Of a DNA stretch of 64,000 nucleotides, positions 10,488 through 20,895 are shown one piece after another. Origin of the DNA: Verrucomicrobiota bacterium (lineage in GTDB: Bacteria > Verrucomicrobiota > Verrucomicrobiia > Limisphaerales > UBA11358); assembly GCA_049511835.1 (NCBI GenBank), contig JBEKXN010000011.1, positions 19,015 through 83,014 on the forward strand, read 5' to 3'. The notes under the pieces are model-generated. The model was not told where the DNA came from. It did not search any database and was given only the letters and a program-made list of their open reading frames with translations. A program made the position numbers and the translations under genes. Position 1 is the stretch's first letter. Each line of letters begins with the position of its first letter.

Positions 10488-10556
10488 TCTATGGTTATGC
10501 TGAGGCAAGAAACATGGTCTTTCTCAAACCTGCCGGCGGCGTGGCATAGTCTTGCC

Positions 10557-11252
10557 ATGATGAAAATTCGGAAAGCAAATGAACGCGGCCACGCCGAACA
10601 CGGCTGGTTGGACACATATCACACCTTCAGCTTCGCGGATTATTACGATCCGCAATGGATGGGCTTCCGCAGCCTGCGCGTCATCAACGACGATCTCGTG
10701 ATGCCCGGCATGGGTTTCGGAACGCATCCGCACCGCGACATGGAAATCATCACCTACGTCCTCAGCGGCGCGCTGGAACACAAGGATTCGATGGGCAACG
10801 GCCGCGTGATCCGCGCGGGCGAGGTGCAATACATGGCCGCCGGCACGGGCGTGCTGCACAGCGAATTCAACCCCGCCAGGGACGAGGCGGTGCATTTGCT
10901 GCAAATCTGGATTCAGCCCGACCGCAAGGGCGTGATTCCCCGCTACGGTGAAAAATCGCTCAAGGACGCCGCCACCGGCACGTGGCATCTCGTGACCAGC
11001 AAAACGGGACGCGACGGCTCGATTGCGATTCATCAGGACGCCGATCTCTGGCTTGCGAAGCTGGAATCGGGGCAATCCGTCTCCCATTCGCTGGCGGGCG
11101 ACCGGCACGCGTGGATTCACGTTGCCGAAGGCGAAGTGAAAATGAACGGCAAAACACTCTCCGGCGGCGATGCTGTTGCCGTCAGCGGAAAAGCCACACT
11201 GGAACTCAGCGCCACGAAGCAGGCGCAGGTTCTCCTGTTCGATCTTAACTAA
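10557..11252 (+). CDS. Pirin family protein (YhhW-like)
   Basis: HGWL..HTFSF, GFGTHPHRDMEI, HSEFN, LLQIW, VLLFDL. Confidence 0.93.
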   Translation: MMKIRKANERGHAEHGWLDTYHTFSFADYYDPQWMGFRSLRVINDDLVMPGMGFGTHPHRDMEIITYVLSGALEHKDSMGNGRVIRAGEVQYMAAGTGVLHSEFNPARDEAVHLLQIWIQPDRKGVIPRYGEKSLKDAATGTWHLVTSKTGRDGSIAIHQDADLWLAKLESGQSVSHSLAGDRHAWIHVAEGEVKMNGKTLSGGDAVAVSGKATLELSATKQAQVLLFDLN

Positions 11253-11281
11253 ACAAAACAACACAAAGGCAAAACGAAACC

Positions 11282-11860
11282 ATGACCACCGTATCCATCA
11301 TCTACTTCTCCGGCACCGGCCACACCACCAAGCTGGCCGAAGCCGTCACCAAGGGCGCCGCCTCCGTGGCCGGCGTGAAAACCAACCTCATCGCCATCAG
11401 CGGCAACGACATCACCAAAGGCCGGTATGTAAATGAGGCCGTCTTTGCCCAACTCGACGCCAGCGACGCGATTATTTTCGGCAGCCCGACTTACATGGGC
11501 GGCCCGGCGGCGCAATTCAAGGCGTTTGCCGATGCGACGGGTGACCGCTGGTATCGCAGCGCCTGGCGCGACAAGCTGGCGGCGGGTTTCACCGTCTCCA
11601 GCGGTCCGAGCGGCGACAAGCTAAGCACGCTTCACTACTTCTTCACGCTCGCCATGCAGCACGGGATGATCTGGGCCGGAATGCCTGAACTGCCGATGAA
11701 TGACAAGGGCATCAACCGCTTGAGCAGTTACAGCGGCGTGATGGCCCAGGCCGGTCAGGAATCGCCTGATGTCGCACCGAACGCGGCGGACAAACTCACC
11801 GGCGAACTGCTCGGCCGGCGTGTCGCCACGTTCGCTGCGAAAATGAAGAATCAACCATGA
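11282..11860 (+). CDS. Flavodoxin/WrbA-like NAD(P)H-dependent oxidoreductase
   Basis: YFSGTGHT FMN loop, IFGSPTYMG. Confidence 0.88.
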   Translation: MTTVSIIYFSGTGHTTKLAEAVTKGAASVAGVKTNLIAISGNDITKGRYVNEAVFAQLDASDAIIFGSPTYMGGPAAQFKAFADATGDRWYRSAWRDKLAAGFTVSSGPSGDKLSTLHYFFTLAMQHGMIWAGMPELPMNDKGINRLSSYSGVMAQAGQESPDVAPNAADKLTGELLGRRVATFAAKMKNQP

Positions 11861-12393
11861 ATTCGAGCAAAGACCTCAACCCCATCGCTCCCGGCGTCAG
11901 CATTGGTCATGTCCATCTCAAAGTGGCCGACCTGGAACGCGCGCTGGGATTTTACTGTGGTGTGCTGGGCTTTGAACTCACGCAACGCTTCGGAACGCAG
12001 GCGGCCTTTGTTTCCGCGGGCGGCTATCATCATCAAATCGGCCTGAACACCTGGGAAAGTCGCGGCGGTTCGCCGCCGCCGCGGAGCGCGACCGGCCTGT
12101 ATCATCTGGCGATTCTCTATCCCACCCGCGCACTGCTCGCCGACGCGCTGCGCCGCCTGCTCGCGGCGGGCATCGAGATTGACGGCGCGGCCGATCACGG
12201 CGTGAGCGAGGCGCTTTATTTGCGCGACCCGGATGGCAACGGTGTGGAGCTATACCGGGACCGCCCGAAGGAGCAATGGCCGCGCACACCGGACGGCGGC
12301 CTGGCAATGTTCACACATCCTCTCGATCTCGACGTCCTCATCGCCGACGCGCCGCAAAATCCCAACCTGACGGCCACCCACAAAACCAGATAA
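11857..12393 (+). CDS. VOC/glyoxalase family protein (CatE-like)
   Basis: IGHVHLKV, GGYHHQIGLNTW, GLYHLA, DHGVSEALYLRDPDGNGVELY. Confidence 0.88.
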   Translation: MNSSKDLNPIAPGVSIGHVHLKVADLERALGFYCGVLGFELTQRFGTQAAFVSAGGYHHQIGLNTWESRGGSPPPRSATGLYHLAILYPTRALLADALRRLLAAGIEIDGAADHGVSEALYLRDPDGNGVELYRDRPKEQWPRTPDGGLAMFTHPLDLDVLIADAPQNPNLTATHKTR

Positions 12394-12517
12394 AAGCACC
12401 CGGAAAGATGCTCCAGGACAGGTCCACGACCTTCAGTCCCCATGATTGAAGGAGACTCCGGCGTTTTCAGCGTCCGCACCATCGCCGAGTACGCAGCGCG
12501 GCGAAGCCGCAACCCCA

Positions 12518-12635
12518 GTAGCGCAGACTTCCAAGTCTGCTGTGTCGCGGGTTTCCAAACCCGCAGATTGCACAATTGCGGACGTTCTGCCGACTTGGAA
12601 GTCGGCGATACAGCAGGTTTGGAAACCTGCGCTAC
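12518..12635. repeat. GTAG-type REP doublet with four short hairpins
   Basis: GTAGCGCAGACTTCCAAGTCTGC ... GCAGGTTTGGAAACCTGCGCTAC. Confidence 0.8.
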
Positions 12636-12860
12636 AAAGGCTGGCGGTCGTTGCCTTGAAAAATCCTCGCGGCGCACGATGATTCTGACGGATGGCAGTG
12701 CAAAGGAGATCGGGCCGGCTGAACCGTGCCTCGTTGACTGAAACCAAAGCCAGTGAAAACAATGCCGTTTGACCCGAACCGGAAGAACTGCGACGCTTCA
12801 GGGCAGGAAAGCCTATGAGTCCTTCCAAATTTCGCGCCAACTGAAATAAGGAGATCCACC

Positions 12861-13934
12861 ATGACCCCTGCACTCAAGAAAAAGCTGGTCTCCGCCGCGA
12901 TCGTGCTGATTGTCGCCGTGGCGGGCTTCTATGCCTGGACCAAACTGCGACCTTCCGGCCCTGGCGAAGGCTTCGTCAGCGGCAACGGCCGTATCGAAGC
13001 CACCGAGATCGATGTCGCTACCAAGCTGGCCGGTCGCGTGCAGAACATCATGGTCAACGAGGGCGACTTCGTGCAGACCGGCCAGCCGCTGGCGCAAATG
13101 CAGATTGACGTGCTGGAGGCGCAGCGCGATGAGGCGTGCGCGCAGAACCAGAAAGCGAGCAACGCGGTCAGCAGTGCGCAGGCCCAGGTAACAGCGCGCG
13201 AAAGCGACAAGGCCGCCGCCCAGGCCGTGGTGGCCCAGCGCGAAAGTGAACTGGACGCGGCGCAGCGACGGTTGACGCGCTCCGAGGCCCTGGCGAAAGA
13301 GAATGTCACATCGATCCAGGAACTCGATGACGACCGCGCCCGGACGCACAGCGCGAAGGCGGCGCTCAATGCGGCCAAGGCGCAGGTGGCGGCGGCGCAG
13401 GCTGCGATCGAAGCCGCCCGCGCCGAAGTGGTGGGCGCGCAATCAACGGTCATCGCGAGCCAGGCGACTATCGCGCGCATCGAGGCCGACATTGCCGACA
13501 GCCAGCTCAAGTCGCCGCGCGACGGGCGCGTGCAATACCGCATCGCCCAGCCCGGCGAAGTGCTCGGCGCCGGGGGCAAGGTGCTCAACCTGGTTGACTT
13601 GGGCGATGTTTACATGACCTTCTTCCTGCCGGAGACGGCGGCCGGCCGGGTGGCGCTGGGCAGCGACGTGCGAATCGTGCTCGACGCCGCGCCGCAGTAC
13701 GTGATTCCGGCGAAGGTATCCTACGTGGCCAGCACCGCGCAGTTCACGCCCAAGACGGTGGAAACCGCCAGCGAACGTCAGAAACTGATGTTCCGGGTCA
13801 AGGCGCAGATCGCTCGCGAACTGCTTCAAAAGCACCTCCAGATGGTCAAGACCGGTCTGCCGGGTGTGGCCTGGCTCAAACTGGACTCGCAAGCGCAGTG
13901 GCCAAAAGGATTGACGGTTAATGTCTCGGAATGA
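12861..13934 (+). CDS. HlyD-family periplasmic adaptor (YhiI-like)
   Basis: SGNGRIEA, coiled-coil hairpin, [10 protein letters not shown]; precedes rbbA. Confidence 0.9.
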   Translation: MTPALKKKLVSAAIVLIVAVAGFYAWTKLRPSGPGEGFVSGNGRIEATEIDVATKLAGRVQNIMVNEGDFVQTGQPLAQMQIDVLEAQRDEACAQNQKASNAVSSAQAQVTARESDKAAAQAVVAQRESELDAAQRRLTRSEALAKENVTSIQELDDDRARTHSAKAALNAAKAQVAAAQAAIEAARAEVVGAQSTVIASQATIARIEADIADSQLKSPRDGRVQYRIAQPGEVLGAGGKVLNLVDLGDVYMTFFLPETAAGRVALGSDVRIVLDAAPQYVIPAKVSYVASTAQFTPKTVETASERQKLMFRVKAQIARELLQKHLQMVKTGLPGVAWLKLDSQAQWPKGLTVNVSE

Positions 13935-16705
13935 CCCCGGACCCGGCCAGTTCCGCTCTCCCTGTCGCCCGTCTGTCCGGCGTCAGCCTGCGCTATGGCA
14001 AGACGCTGGCGCTGGACGGCATTAATCTGGACATTCCCGCCCGGCACATGGTGGGTCTGATCGGCCCGGATGGTGTCGGCAAGTCCAGCCTGATGTCGCT
14101 GGTGGCCGGGGCGCGCGCGGTACAGCAGGGCCGGGTCGAGGCGCTGGGAGGCGACATGGGCAGTGCGCGCCACCGCAACACTGTCTGCCCGCACATTGCC
14201 TACATGCCGCAGGGGCTGGGCAAGAATCTCTACCCCACTTTGTCGGTTGAGGAAAACCTGCAGTTTTTTGGCCGCTTGTTCGGCCACGACGCGACCGAGC
14301 GGCGACGCCGCATCGACGAACTGACCGTCGCCACCGGCCTGCATCCCTTTCTTGGCCGTCCCGTCGGCAAACTTTCCGGCGGCATGAAACAGAAACTGGG
14401 ATTGTGCTGCGCGCTCATCCACGATCCGGACCTGCTGATTCTGGACGAGCCGACCACCGGCGTGGACCCGCTGGCGCGCCGCCAGTTCTGGGAACTGATC
14501 GCAAGCATCCGCAACCAACGTCCTGAGATGAGCGTGATCGTCGCCACCGCCTACAGCGAAGAAGCCGAACGGTTCGACTGGCTGGTGGCAATGGACTCCG
14601 GCCGGATCCTGGCCACCGGCACACCGCGCGAGTTGCGTGAACGGACCGGCACTGACTCGCTGGAGGCGGCTTTCATCGCGCTGCTGCCGGAAGAAAAGAA
14701 GCGCGGCCACCACGCCGTGGCGGTCCCGCCGCTCGCCGACGGCGATGAAACGATCGCCATCGAAGCCCGCGACCTGACCATGCGCTTCGGCGATTTCACC
14801 GCCGTGGATCACGTCAGCTTCCGCATTCGCCACGGCGAGATCTTCGGTTTTCTCGGTTCCAACGGCTGCGGCAAGTCCACCACGATGAAGATGCTCACCG
14901 GCCTGCTGCCCCCCAGCGAGGGCCGGGCCTGGCTGTTCGGTCACCCGGTGGACGCGCACGACATCGCCACCCGCCGGCGCGTCGGCTACATGTCGCAGGC
15001 GTTTTCGCTGTACTCCGAGCTCACCGTGCAGCAAAACCTGGTGCTGCATGCGCACCTGTTCAGCGTCCCGGAGGCGGATATTCCGTCACGGGTTGCGGAG
15101 ATGGTTGCCCGTTTCGGCCTGGGCGATGTGCTCAATGCCTTGCCGGACAGCCTGCCGCTGGGCGTTCGCCAGCGCCTGTCGCTGGCCGTGGCGATGGTGC
15201 ATCAGCCGGAAATGCTGATTCTCGACGAGCCGACCTCGGGCGTGGACCCGATCGCGCGTGACAACTTCTGGCAGTTGATGATTGATCTGGCACGCGAGGA
15301 CAAGGTCACGATCTTCATCTCGACCCACTTCATGAACGAGGCCGAACGCTGCGACCGCATTTCGCTGATGAACGATGGCCGGGTGCTGGTCAGCGACGCC
15401 CCGGCCGAGTTGGTGCGCAAGCGCGGGGCGGCCACCTTGGAGGAGGCGTTCATCAGCTATCTGGAGGACGCCGGCGCCAAAGGCGGGCAGGCCAGGCCGT
15501 CCGCGACAGCGACGGCCGTCCAGCCCGCCAGCGCTCCCGCCGCCCCCACGCCTTCCAGGCTTCCACGGAGGCCGCGCGCGCATCCCGGCATTGCGCGCGC
15601 GTTCAGCTACTCCCTGCGCGAGACGCTGGAACTGCAACGCGACCCGGTGCGGTTGACGCTCGCGTTGCTCGGCAGCCTGATCTTGATGTTCATCATTGGC
15701 TACGGCATCAACATGGACGTGGAGAATCTCAGTTTCGCGGTGCTCGACCGCGACCAGACCACGCTGAGCCAGAACTACGCCTTGAACCTCGCCGGTTCGC
15801 GCTATTTCATCGAGCACCCGCCGATTACCGACTATGCCGAACTCGACCGCCGCCAGCGCAGCGGTGAACTCTCGCTGGCCATCGAGATTCCGCCCGGTTT
15901 TGCGCGCGACGTGAAGCGCGGCACCCCGGTGCAAATCGGCGCCTGGATTGATGGCGCGATGCCGCAACGGGCCGAGACCGTGCAGGGTTACGTGCAAGGC
16001 ATGCACCAAGGCTGGCTGGTGGACGTGGCGAAGCACCGGCTCGGCCAGGACACCGCCGGTTTCGCCACCATTGAGACGCGCTTTCGCTACAACCCGGATG
16101 TAAAGAGTTTGCCGGCGGTAGTGCCCGCGGTGATCCCGATTCTGTTGCTGGTGATCCCGGCCATGCTGACTGCGCTGTCGGTGGTGCGCGAGAAGGAACT
16201 GGGCTCGATCATCAATCTCTACGTCACCCCGGTCACCCGCATGGAGTTCCTGTTTGGCAAGCAAGTGCCGTACATCGTGCTGGGGATGCTGAATTTCCTG
16301 CTCATGACCCTGCTGGCCGTCACCGTGTTCGGCGTGCCGGTCAAGGGCAACTTCGCCACCCTGGCGCTGGCGTCGCTGGTTTTTGTCGTCTTTTCCACCG
16401 GTTTTGGCCTGTTCGCCTCCACCTTCACCCGCAGCCAGATTGCGGCATTGTTCCTGACCCTGATCGGCACGATGATTCCGGCCATCCAGTTCGCCGGCCT
16501 GCTCAACCCCGTGTCCTCGCTGGAAGGTGCCGGGAAAATGATCGGGCAGATTTATCCGGCCACCTACATGCTCACCATCAGCCGCGGTGTGTTCGGCAAG
16601 GCCCTGGGTTTGTCCGACCTGCACGCCTTGTTTGTGCCGATACTGCTGGCGGTCCCGGTGATTCTCGGGCTGGCGCTCGCCCTGCTAAAAAAACAGGACA
16701 CCTGA
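13931..16705 (+). CDS. rbbA: RbbA: dual ABC ATPase fused to ABC-2 permease
   Basis: Walker A GPDGVGKS and [21 protein letters not shown]-terminal permease. Confidence 0.93.
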   Translation: MTPDPASSALPVARLSGVSLRYGKTLALDGINLDIPARHMVGLIGPDGVGKSSLMSLVAGARAVQQGRVEALGGDMGSARHRNTVCPHIAYMPQGLGKNLYPTLSVEENLQFFGRLFGHDATERRRRIDELTVATGLHPFLGRPVGKLSGGMKQKLGLCCALIHDPDLLILDEPTTGVDPLARRQFWELIASIRNQRPEMSVIVATAYSEEAERFDWLVAMDSGRILATGTPRELRERTGTDSLEAAFIALLPEEKKRGHHAVAVPPLADGDETIAIEARDLTMRFGDFTAVDHVSFRIRHGEIFGFLGSNGCGKSTTMKMLTGLLPPSEGRAWLFGHPVDAHDIATRRRVGYMSQAFSLYSELTVQQNLVLHAHLFSVPEADIPSRVAEMVARFGLGDVLNALPDSLPLGVRQRLSLAVAMVHQPEMLILDEPTSGVDPIARDNFWQLMIDLAREDKVTIFISTHFMNEAERCDRISLMNDGRVLVSDAPAELVRKRGAATLEEAFISYLEDAGAKGGQARPSATATAVQPASAPAAPTPSRLPRRPRAHPGIARAFSYSLRETLELQRDPVRLTLALLGSLILMFIIGYGINMDVENLSFAVLDRDQTTLSQNYALNLAGSRYFIEHPPITDYAELDRRQRSGELSLAIEIPPGFARDVKRGTPVQIGAWIDGAMPQRAETVQGYVQGMHQGWLVDVAKHRLGQDTAGFATIETRFRYNPDVKSLPAVVPAVIPILLLVIPAMLTALSVVREKELGSIINLYVTPVTRMEFLFGKQVPYIVLGMLNFLLMTLLAVTVFGVPVKGNFATLALASLVFVVFSTGFGLFASTFTRSQIAALFLTLIGTMIPAIQFAGLLNPVSSLEGAGKMIGQIYPATYMLTISRGVFGKALGLSDLHALFVPILLAVPVILGLALALLKKQDT

Positions 16706-16707
16706 CC

Positions 16708-17832
16708 ATGAGCCGCGCCGCCAATATTTACCGTCTGGGAGTGAAGGAACTGTGGAGCCTGCGCCGCGACCCGATCATGCTGGTGCTGATCGCCTACACC
16801 TTCACCGTGTCAATTTACACCGCCGCCACCGCGCTGCCGGAAACGCTGCACAACGCGCCGATCGCCATCGTGGACGAGGACGGCTCACCCTTGTCGGCGC
16901 GCATCGCCTCGGCCTTTTATCCGCCGTACTTCCTGTTACCGCGCATGGTGTCGCTGGCCGAGGTGGATCCGGGCATGGACGCGGGCCGGTTCACCTTCGC
17001 GCTGGACATTCCGCCGGACTTCCAGCGCGATGTGCTGGCCGGCCGGTCGCCGGCGATCCAGCTCAACGTGGACGCCACCCGCATGAGCCAGGCCTTCATC
17101 GGCAGCGGCCAAATCCAGCAGATCGTGATCGGCGAAGTCAATGAATTCGCCCAGCGTTACCGCAGCAGCGCCGCGCCGCCGGTGGACCTGGCGCTGCGCG
17201 TGCGCTTCAATCCGAACCTCGATCGATCCTGGTTTGGCGCGCTGATGGAGATCATCAACAACGTCACCATGCTGTCGATCATTCTCGCCGGCGCAGCGCT
17301 GATCCGCGAACGCGAGCATGGCACGATCGAACATCTGCTGGTGATGCCGGTCACGCCCGCCGAGATCATGCTGGCCAAGGTCTGGTCCACGGGGCTGGTG
17401 GTCCTGCTGGCGGCGGCGCTCTCGCTGGCCTTCGTCGTGCAGGGCGCGTTGCGCGTGCCGGTCGAAGGCTCGGTGGCGCTGTTCCTGTTCTGCGCGGCGC
17501 TGCACCTGTTCGCCACCACATCGATGGGCATCTTCCTGGCGACCGTGGCGCGCTCGATGCCCCAGTTCGGGCTGTTAATGCTGCTGACGCTGTTGCCGCT
17601 GCAAATGTTGTCGGGCGGCTCCACCCCACGCGAGAGCATGCCCGCGTTCGTGCAAAATGTGATGCTGGCCGCACCGACCACCCATTTCGTGTCCGCGGGC
17701 CAGGCGATTCTCTACCGGGGCGCCGGTTTCGAGGTGGTCTGGCCGCAGTTCCTCGCCCTCGTGGCTATTGGCACGGTCCTTTTTTCACTTTCCCTCAGCC
17801 GTTTCCGCAAGACCATCGGCCAGATGACCTGA
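16708..17832 (+). CDS. ABC-2 type permease (YhhJ-like)
   Basis: REREHGTIEHLLVMP, LSGGSTPRESMP; follows rbbA. Confidence 0.9.
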   Translation: MSRAANIYRLGVKELWSLRRDPIMLVLIAYTFTVSIYTAATALPETLHNAPIAIVDEDGSPLSARIASAFYPPYFLLPRMVSLAEVDPGMDAGRFTFALDIPPDFQRDVLAGRSPAIQLNVDATRMSQAFIGSGQIQQIVIGEVNEFAQRYRSSAAPPVDLALRVRFNPNLDRSWFGALMEIINNVTMLSIILAGAALIREREHGTIEHLLVMPVTPAEIMLAKVWSTGLVVLLAAALSLAFVVQGALRVPVEGSVALFLFCAALHLFATTSMGIFLATVARSMPQFGLLMLLTLLPLQMLSGGSTPRESMPAFVQNVMLAAPTTHFVSAGQAILYRGAGFEVVWPQFLALVAIGTVLFSLSLSRFRKTIGQMT

Positions 17833-17856
17833 TAACAAGTCAGAGCAGCGCCGCCC

Positions 17857-17898
17857 CGCCACATCAAGCGCGTGCTGGTGAAGCGGGAAAGGGAGTGA
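17857..17898 (+). pseudogene. Orphan gene 3'-end fragment (RHIKRVLVKRERE*), copy 1
   Basis: 34/42 nt identical to 50908-50949, same reading frame and TGA. Confidence 0.5.
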
Positions 17899-18005
17899 AC
17901 GAGACCAATTTAACTGAACCGTCGAATTGCGATTTGAGCCTGCCCCGAGAGCCTTCGAGGTTGGCGCAAGCAATCGAGCCGGGTTTTCCTGAATGCAAAA
18001 TCAAT

Positions 18006-18069
18006 CCGCAGTTTAGCTCGGTGTTCAAACACTATCCAATTCGATACGTTGTCCGCAGTTAAACTCCGT
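18006..18069 (+). promoter_or_regulatory. Two imperfect CCGCAG-N5-CTGCGG sites (putative C-boxes)
   Basis: CCGCAG TTTAG CTCGGT (18006-18022) and CCGCAG TTAAA CTCCGT (18053-18069, overlapping the GTG start). Confidence 0.55.
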
Positions 18070-18277
18070 GACCACTATCGAACAAAAGCTTGGTAGGCGC
18101 ATTGCGCTATTCCGCCAAAAGGCGGGATTGACGCAAGCTCAACTCGCTGAAGCGTCGGGCTACTCGGAAGATTTCATCGGGCTGGTCGAGCGCGGCGTCA
18201 ATGCTCCGTCTATCAGCGGATTGGAGCGAATCGCCAAAGCCATGAAGGTTTCTATCAGGGAGCTTTTCAATTTTTAG
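18068..18277 (+). CDS. XRE-family HTH, R-M controller (C) protein
   Basis: 69 aa, GLTQAQLAEASG...IGLVERG..PS; 3 nt upstream of the endonuclease. Confidence 0.8.
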   Translation: MTTIEQKLGRRIALFRQKAGLTQAQLAEASGYSEDFIGLVERGVNAPSISGLERIAKAMKVSIRELFNF

Positions 18278-18280
18278 GCC

Positions 18281-19174
18281 ATGAACTTCTCCGCTAAGAA
18301 TGAGATTTTTCACAGTCTCCGGGAGGGGATGATGGCCGAAATTGCTCGATGCAAACGTATCACCGGAGCAAAGCGAACGAAGACCGACCCGGTCAACAAG
18401 AAGTTGTGGCGCGACCTCTATCCCAAGCTACTCGCAGACCTCGTGGCAAATGCCGCTGCAGAAAAATGGTCCTCGGAACGGCTTCTCGATTGTCAGCTCC
18501 GGCTGTTCTACTGTTCTCTCGTGGTGAACCTTGAATCCCGAAACCAAGTCGTCGCATACGACTACATGGATTTTTCCCGACGAATCGGCGAAGTATGGGA
18601 GGACTTTTGCAAGGTGTGCTGGGACGCACCCGCGAATGCAGTATTGAAACGGCTTAAACCGCCCTCATTCGCCACGGTCAGGACTGAATTGCTCGACGGA
18701 TTCTCGGCGTTGGTAGCCGCCGGACGTGCGACGAACAGCAAAGCGATCCTGGAGCAGTATCAGCAGGCGATTGATTTGCTTGGCAACATCAATCTGACAG
18801 AGGACGAATACTGTGCGATCGGCAAGAAGAGATTTGTCATCGATTTTAAGAGCGGCTTTGGCTCAAACGAAAAGGGCAACACGGAACGGTTGCTCACCGT
18901 GGCCAAGATTTACGGCCTGCTTCCTGAATCTCACGAGTGCGTCTTGGTCGTCAGAGCCGCAGAGGACGAAGGCAACAATTACCTTCAGGTGCTGAAAACG
19001 TCAGGTCTTTGGAAAGTTTGTTGCGGGCCAGCCGCCTACGAATTCATCAAGACGCTTACGGGTTTCGACTTGGCCGCTTGGATCGGTAGGAATGTGGCTT
19101 TTCACGAAGACATGGAAACAGGGGCGTATCAACATCTGAAGCAGCAAGGTCTGACCAAGTATCTTGGGTGGTAG
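18281..19174 (+). CDS. Putative type II restriction endonuclease (PD-(D/E)XK)
   Basis: IGEVWE, ED...IDFKS catalytic pattern; lies between a C gene and an m6A MTase. Confidence 0.7.
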   Translation: MNFSAKNEIFHSLREGMMAEIARCKRITGAKRTKTDPVNKKLWRDLYPKLLADLVANAAAEKWSSERLLDCQLRLFYCSLVVNLESRNQVVAYDYMDFSRRIGEVWEDFCKVCWDAPANAVLKRLKPPSFATVRTELLDGFSALVAAGRATNSKAILEQYQQAIDLLGNINLTEDEYCAIGKKRFVIDFKSGFGSNEKGNTERLLTVAKIYGLLPESHECVLVVRAAEDEGNNYLQVLKTSGLWKVCCGPAAYEFIKTLTGFDLAAWIGRNVAFHEDMETGAYQHLKQQGLTKYLGW

Positions 19175-20714
19175 CCGAAGTTTCACGCTGGTAAAACGCT
19201 GCCACTTGCTCGTCCGCACACAATTCCTCGGATTCTGTTGAAAGAGAGCAGGCACGTTTTTTCGCGATGAGTCTTCCAAGCGCACCCAACTCACGCAGCT
19301 CTGAAGCGGTTAGCTTGGGCAAAGGTAGCTTCTTGAGATAATTGGCGGAGTTGTTGGCCGTTGGGTTAATTCCTTCCTTGAGTAGTTTCGTGGCGAACCG
19401 GCTGTTGAGAATGACCAGCAGCGGAAAGATCCACTCGTGGCGTTTGGGAAAAATCCCAACGACAGACTGGTCAAACACTCTGCGTTGAATCAGAAAGGCA
19501 TTGATGCGGGTCGAAGTCACCATCGGCACGCCGATGCCCTCTCGAAAGTAGAACTCGGAATTCTGGAAACGCGCTTTTGCATCGTTGCGATAAAATGAGA
19601 TTGCCGAGTCGCTCCAATCCAAAACCCATGAAGTCTTCTGCACAAAACGGTGCGAACCGCCTTTCACAATCGGAATCCATGTCGGATCAGCCGGAAGCCC
19701 CTTCGCCATTTCGGACTGGCTCAACGGTCTGCAACACACCTGAGTTTGAGGAATGGACTCGTAGTAATCCCCGCGCACCGAAGCTCCCGCAAGCGCACGG
19801 ATGAACCGCTTATTGTCACCCGTATAAATGCCGGTTTTGCAATCAGCAACGTCGCCGAGACGTAGCTTTGCTGAGTGAAGCACGCTCTCAACGTGTTGTT
19901 CTCCGCTCGTCCAAATCCTCAAATCCAGACGTTGGAGAATTTTCCGCTGCAAGACCGCAACACAAGTGCCAGCATCTTCGCCACGCGCCAAGGACTCCAA
20001 TTCGTCGGAAGAATTCGCTGCTATGACACGAAACTCATGATTGTCATCAGGCAGTGTCCAAGGCTTGCGAATGGTGATGATGCAAAGGTTCGAGTATCCG
20101 AAAGCCACTTTCGGAAAAAGTTTCGACGGGAGAGTGACAATCTCCAATATCTCAGTCCGTTTCAGTAGAACCTCGCGCAATTTGCGATGGGCGGCCACGG
20201 TCAAGAACGTGTCTGGAACGATGAAGGACAAGACGCCATCATTTTTGAGCAGCTCCAAACAGCGGAGAATAAACAATGCGTAGGTTTCGCGAACGTGAAA
20301 ATCGGGGAATGCCTTCTTGAGCGCCGCGCGAGTCTCGTAATCCAGCCACCCACCGTAAGGCGGATTCCCAATTATCCGGTCAAACTTTTCTGGCAATCCG
20401 CTGCGAGTGAGCAGTCCAGAGTCACCAGCAAGCGAACTCAGGATAGTGTCCGCGCACAGTGTCTGCACGGCGTCACCAAAACGATCGTGAAGCTGTTTGA
20501 TGGCGGCCGGGTTTTTATCCAAGCAGCAAATTTGAAGATTGAACTGCGTTTCATGCAAAGCTTCGACAAACGCGCCATCTCCTGCTGCTGGCTCAAGCAC
20601 TGACAAGTTATCGGCGAGAGCAAGCCTGCTAATCATGTAGCTGCGAATCGGATCAGAGTGCGTGTAGAAAGCACACAGGACATTCTCGCGTCTGTCTTCG
20701 ACAGTTCGTGCCAT
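19056..20714 (-). CDS. N6-adenine DNA methyltransferase, gamma class (TaqI-like)
   Basis: Motif I VLEPAAGDGAF before motif IV IGNPPY, SFIVP, GIYTGDN, C-terminal target-recognition region. Confidence 0.92.
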   Translation of the reverse strand: MARTVEDRRENVLCAFYTHSDPIRSYMISRLALADNLSVLEPAAGDGAFVEALHETQFNLQICCLDKNPAAIKQLHDRFGDAVQTLCADTILSSLAGDSGLLTRSGLPEKFDRIIGNPPYGGWLDYETRAALKKAFPDFHVRETYALFILRCLELLKNDGVLSFIVPDTFLTVAAHRKLREVLLKRTEILEIVTLPSKLFPKVAFGYSNLCIITIRKPWTLPDDNHEFRVIAANSSDELESLARGEDAGTCVAVLQRKILQRLDLRIWTSGEQHVESVLHSAKLRLGDVADCKTGIYTGDNKRFIRALAGASVRGDYYESIPQTQVCCRPLSQSEMAKGLPADPTWIPIVKGGSHRFVQKTSWVLDWSDSAISFYRNDAKARFQNSEFYFREGIGVPMVTSTRINAFLIQRRVFDQSVVGIFPKRHEWIFPLLVILNSRFATKLLKEGINPTANNSANYLKKLPLPKLTASELRELGALGRLIAKKRACSLSTESEELCADEQVAAFYQRETSATTQDTWSDLAASDVDTPLFPCLREKPHSYRSKRPSRNP

Positions 20715-20741
20715 TGCTAATGAGTTTCGTCTTTCGGCAAT

Positions 20742-20758
20742 CCGCAGTCAAGCTGCGG
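20742..20758. promoter_or_regulatory. Perfect CCGCAG-N5-CTGCGG palindrome upstream of the MTase
   Basis: CCGCAG TCAAG CTGCGG, 28-44 bp upstream of the MTase ATG; contains TTGACT on the minus strand. Confidence 0.65.
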
Positions 20759-20766
20759 CTGCCTTT

Positions 20767-20895
20767 TTACACCTTTGCGTAAATCTCCGCACCCTTCTCC
20801 ACAAATTGGCCCGGCTGCGCCCGCAAGCCTTAGCCTTCCCAGCGGAACTCAAACCGCGCCTTGCTCAGCGCGTTGTCACGGTATTGCGCGCTGGG
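20767..20895 (-). pseudogene. thiC: thiC 3'-end remnants (two pieces)
   Basis: 20767-20805 FVEKGAEIYAKV* (33/39 nt vs 59288-59326); 20835-20895 [20 protein letters not shown] (55/61 nt vs 59542-59602). Confidence 0.9.

Noticed and set aside
12433-12877. Several small ORFs around 12.4-12.9 kb
   Set aside because: They are readings of the REP doublet and flanking debris.
18281-20714. Assigning the R-M system to a named enzyme or recognition sequence
   Set aside because: Cannot be supported without a REBASE search or methylome data.
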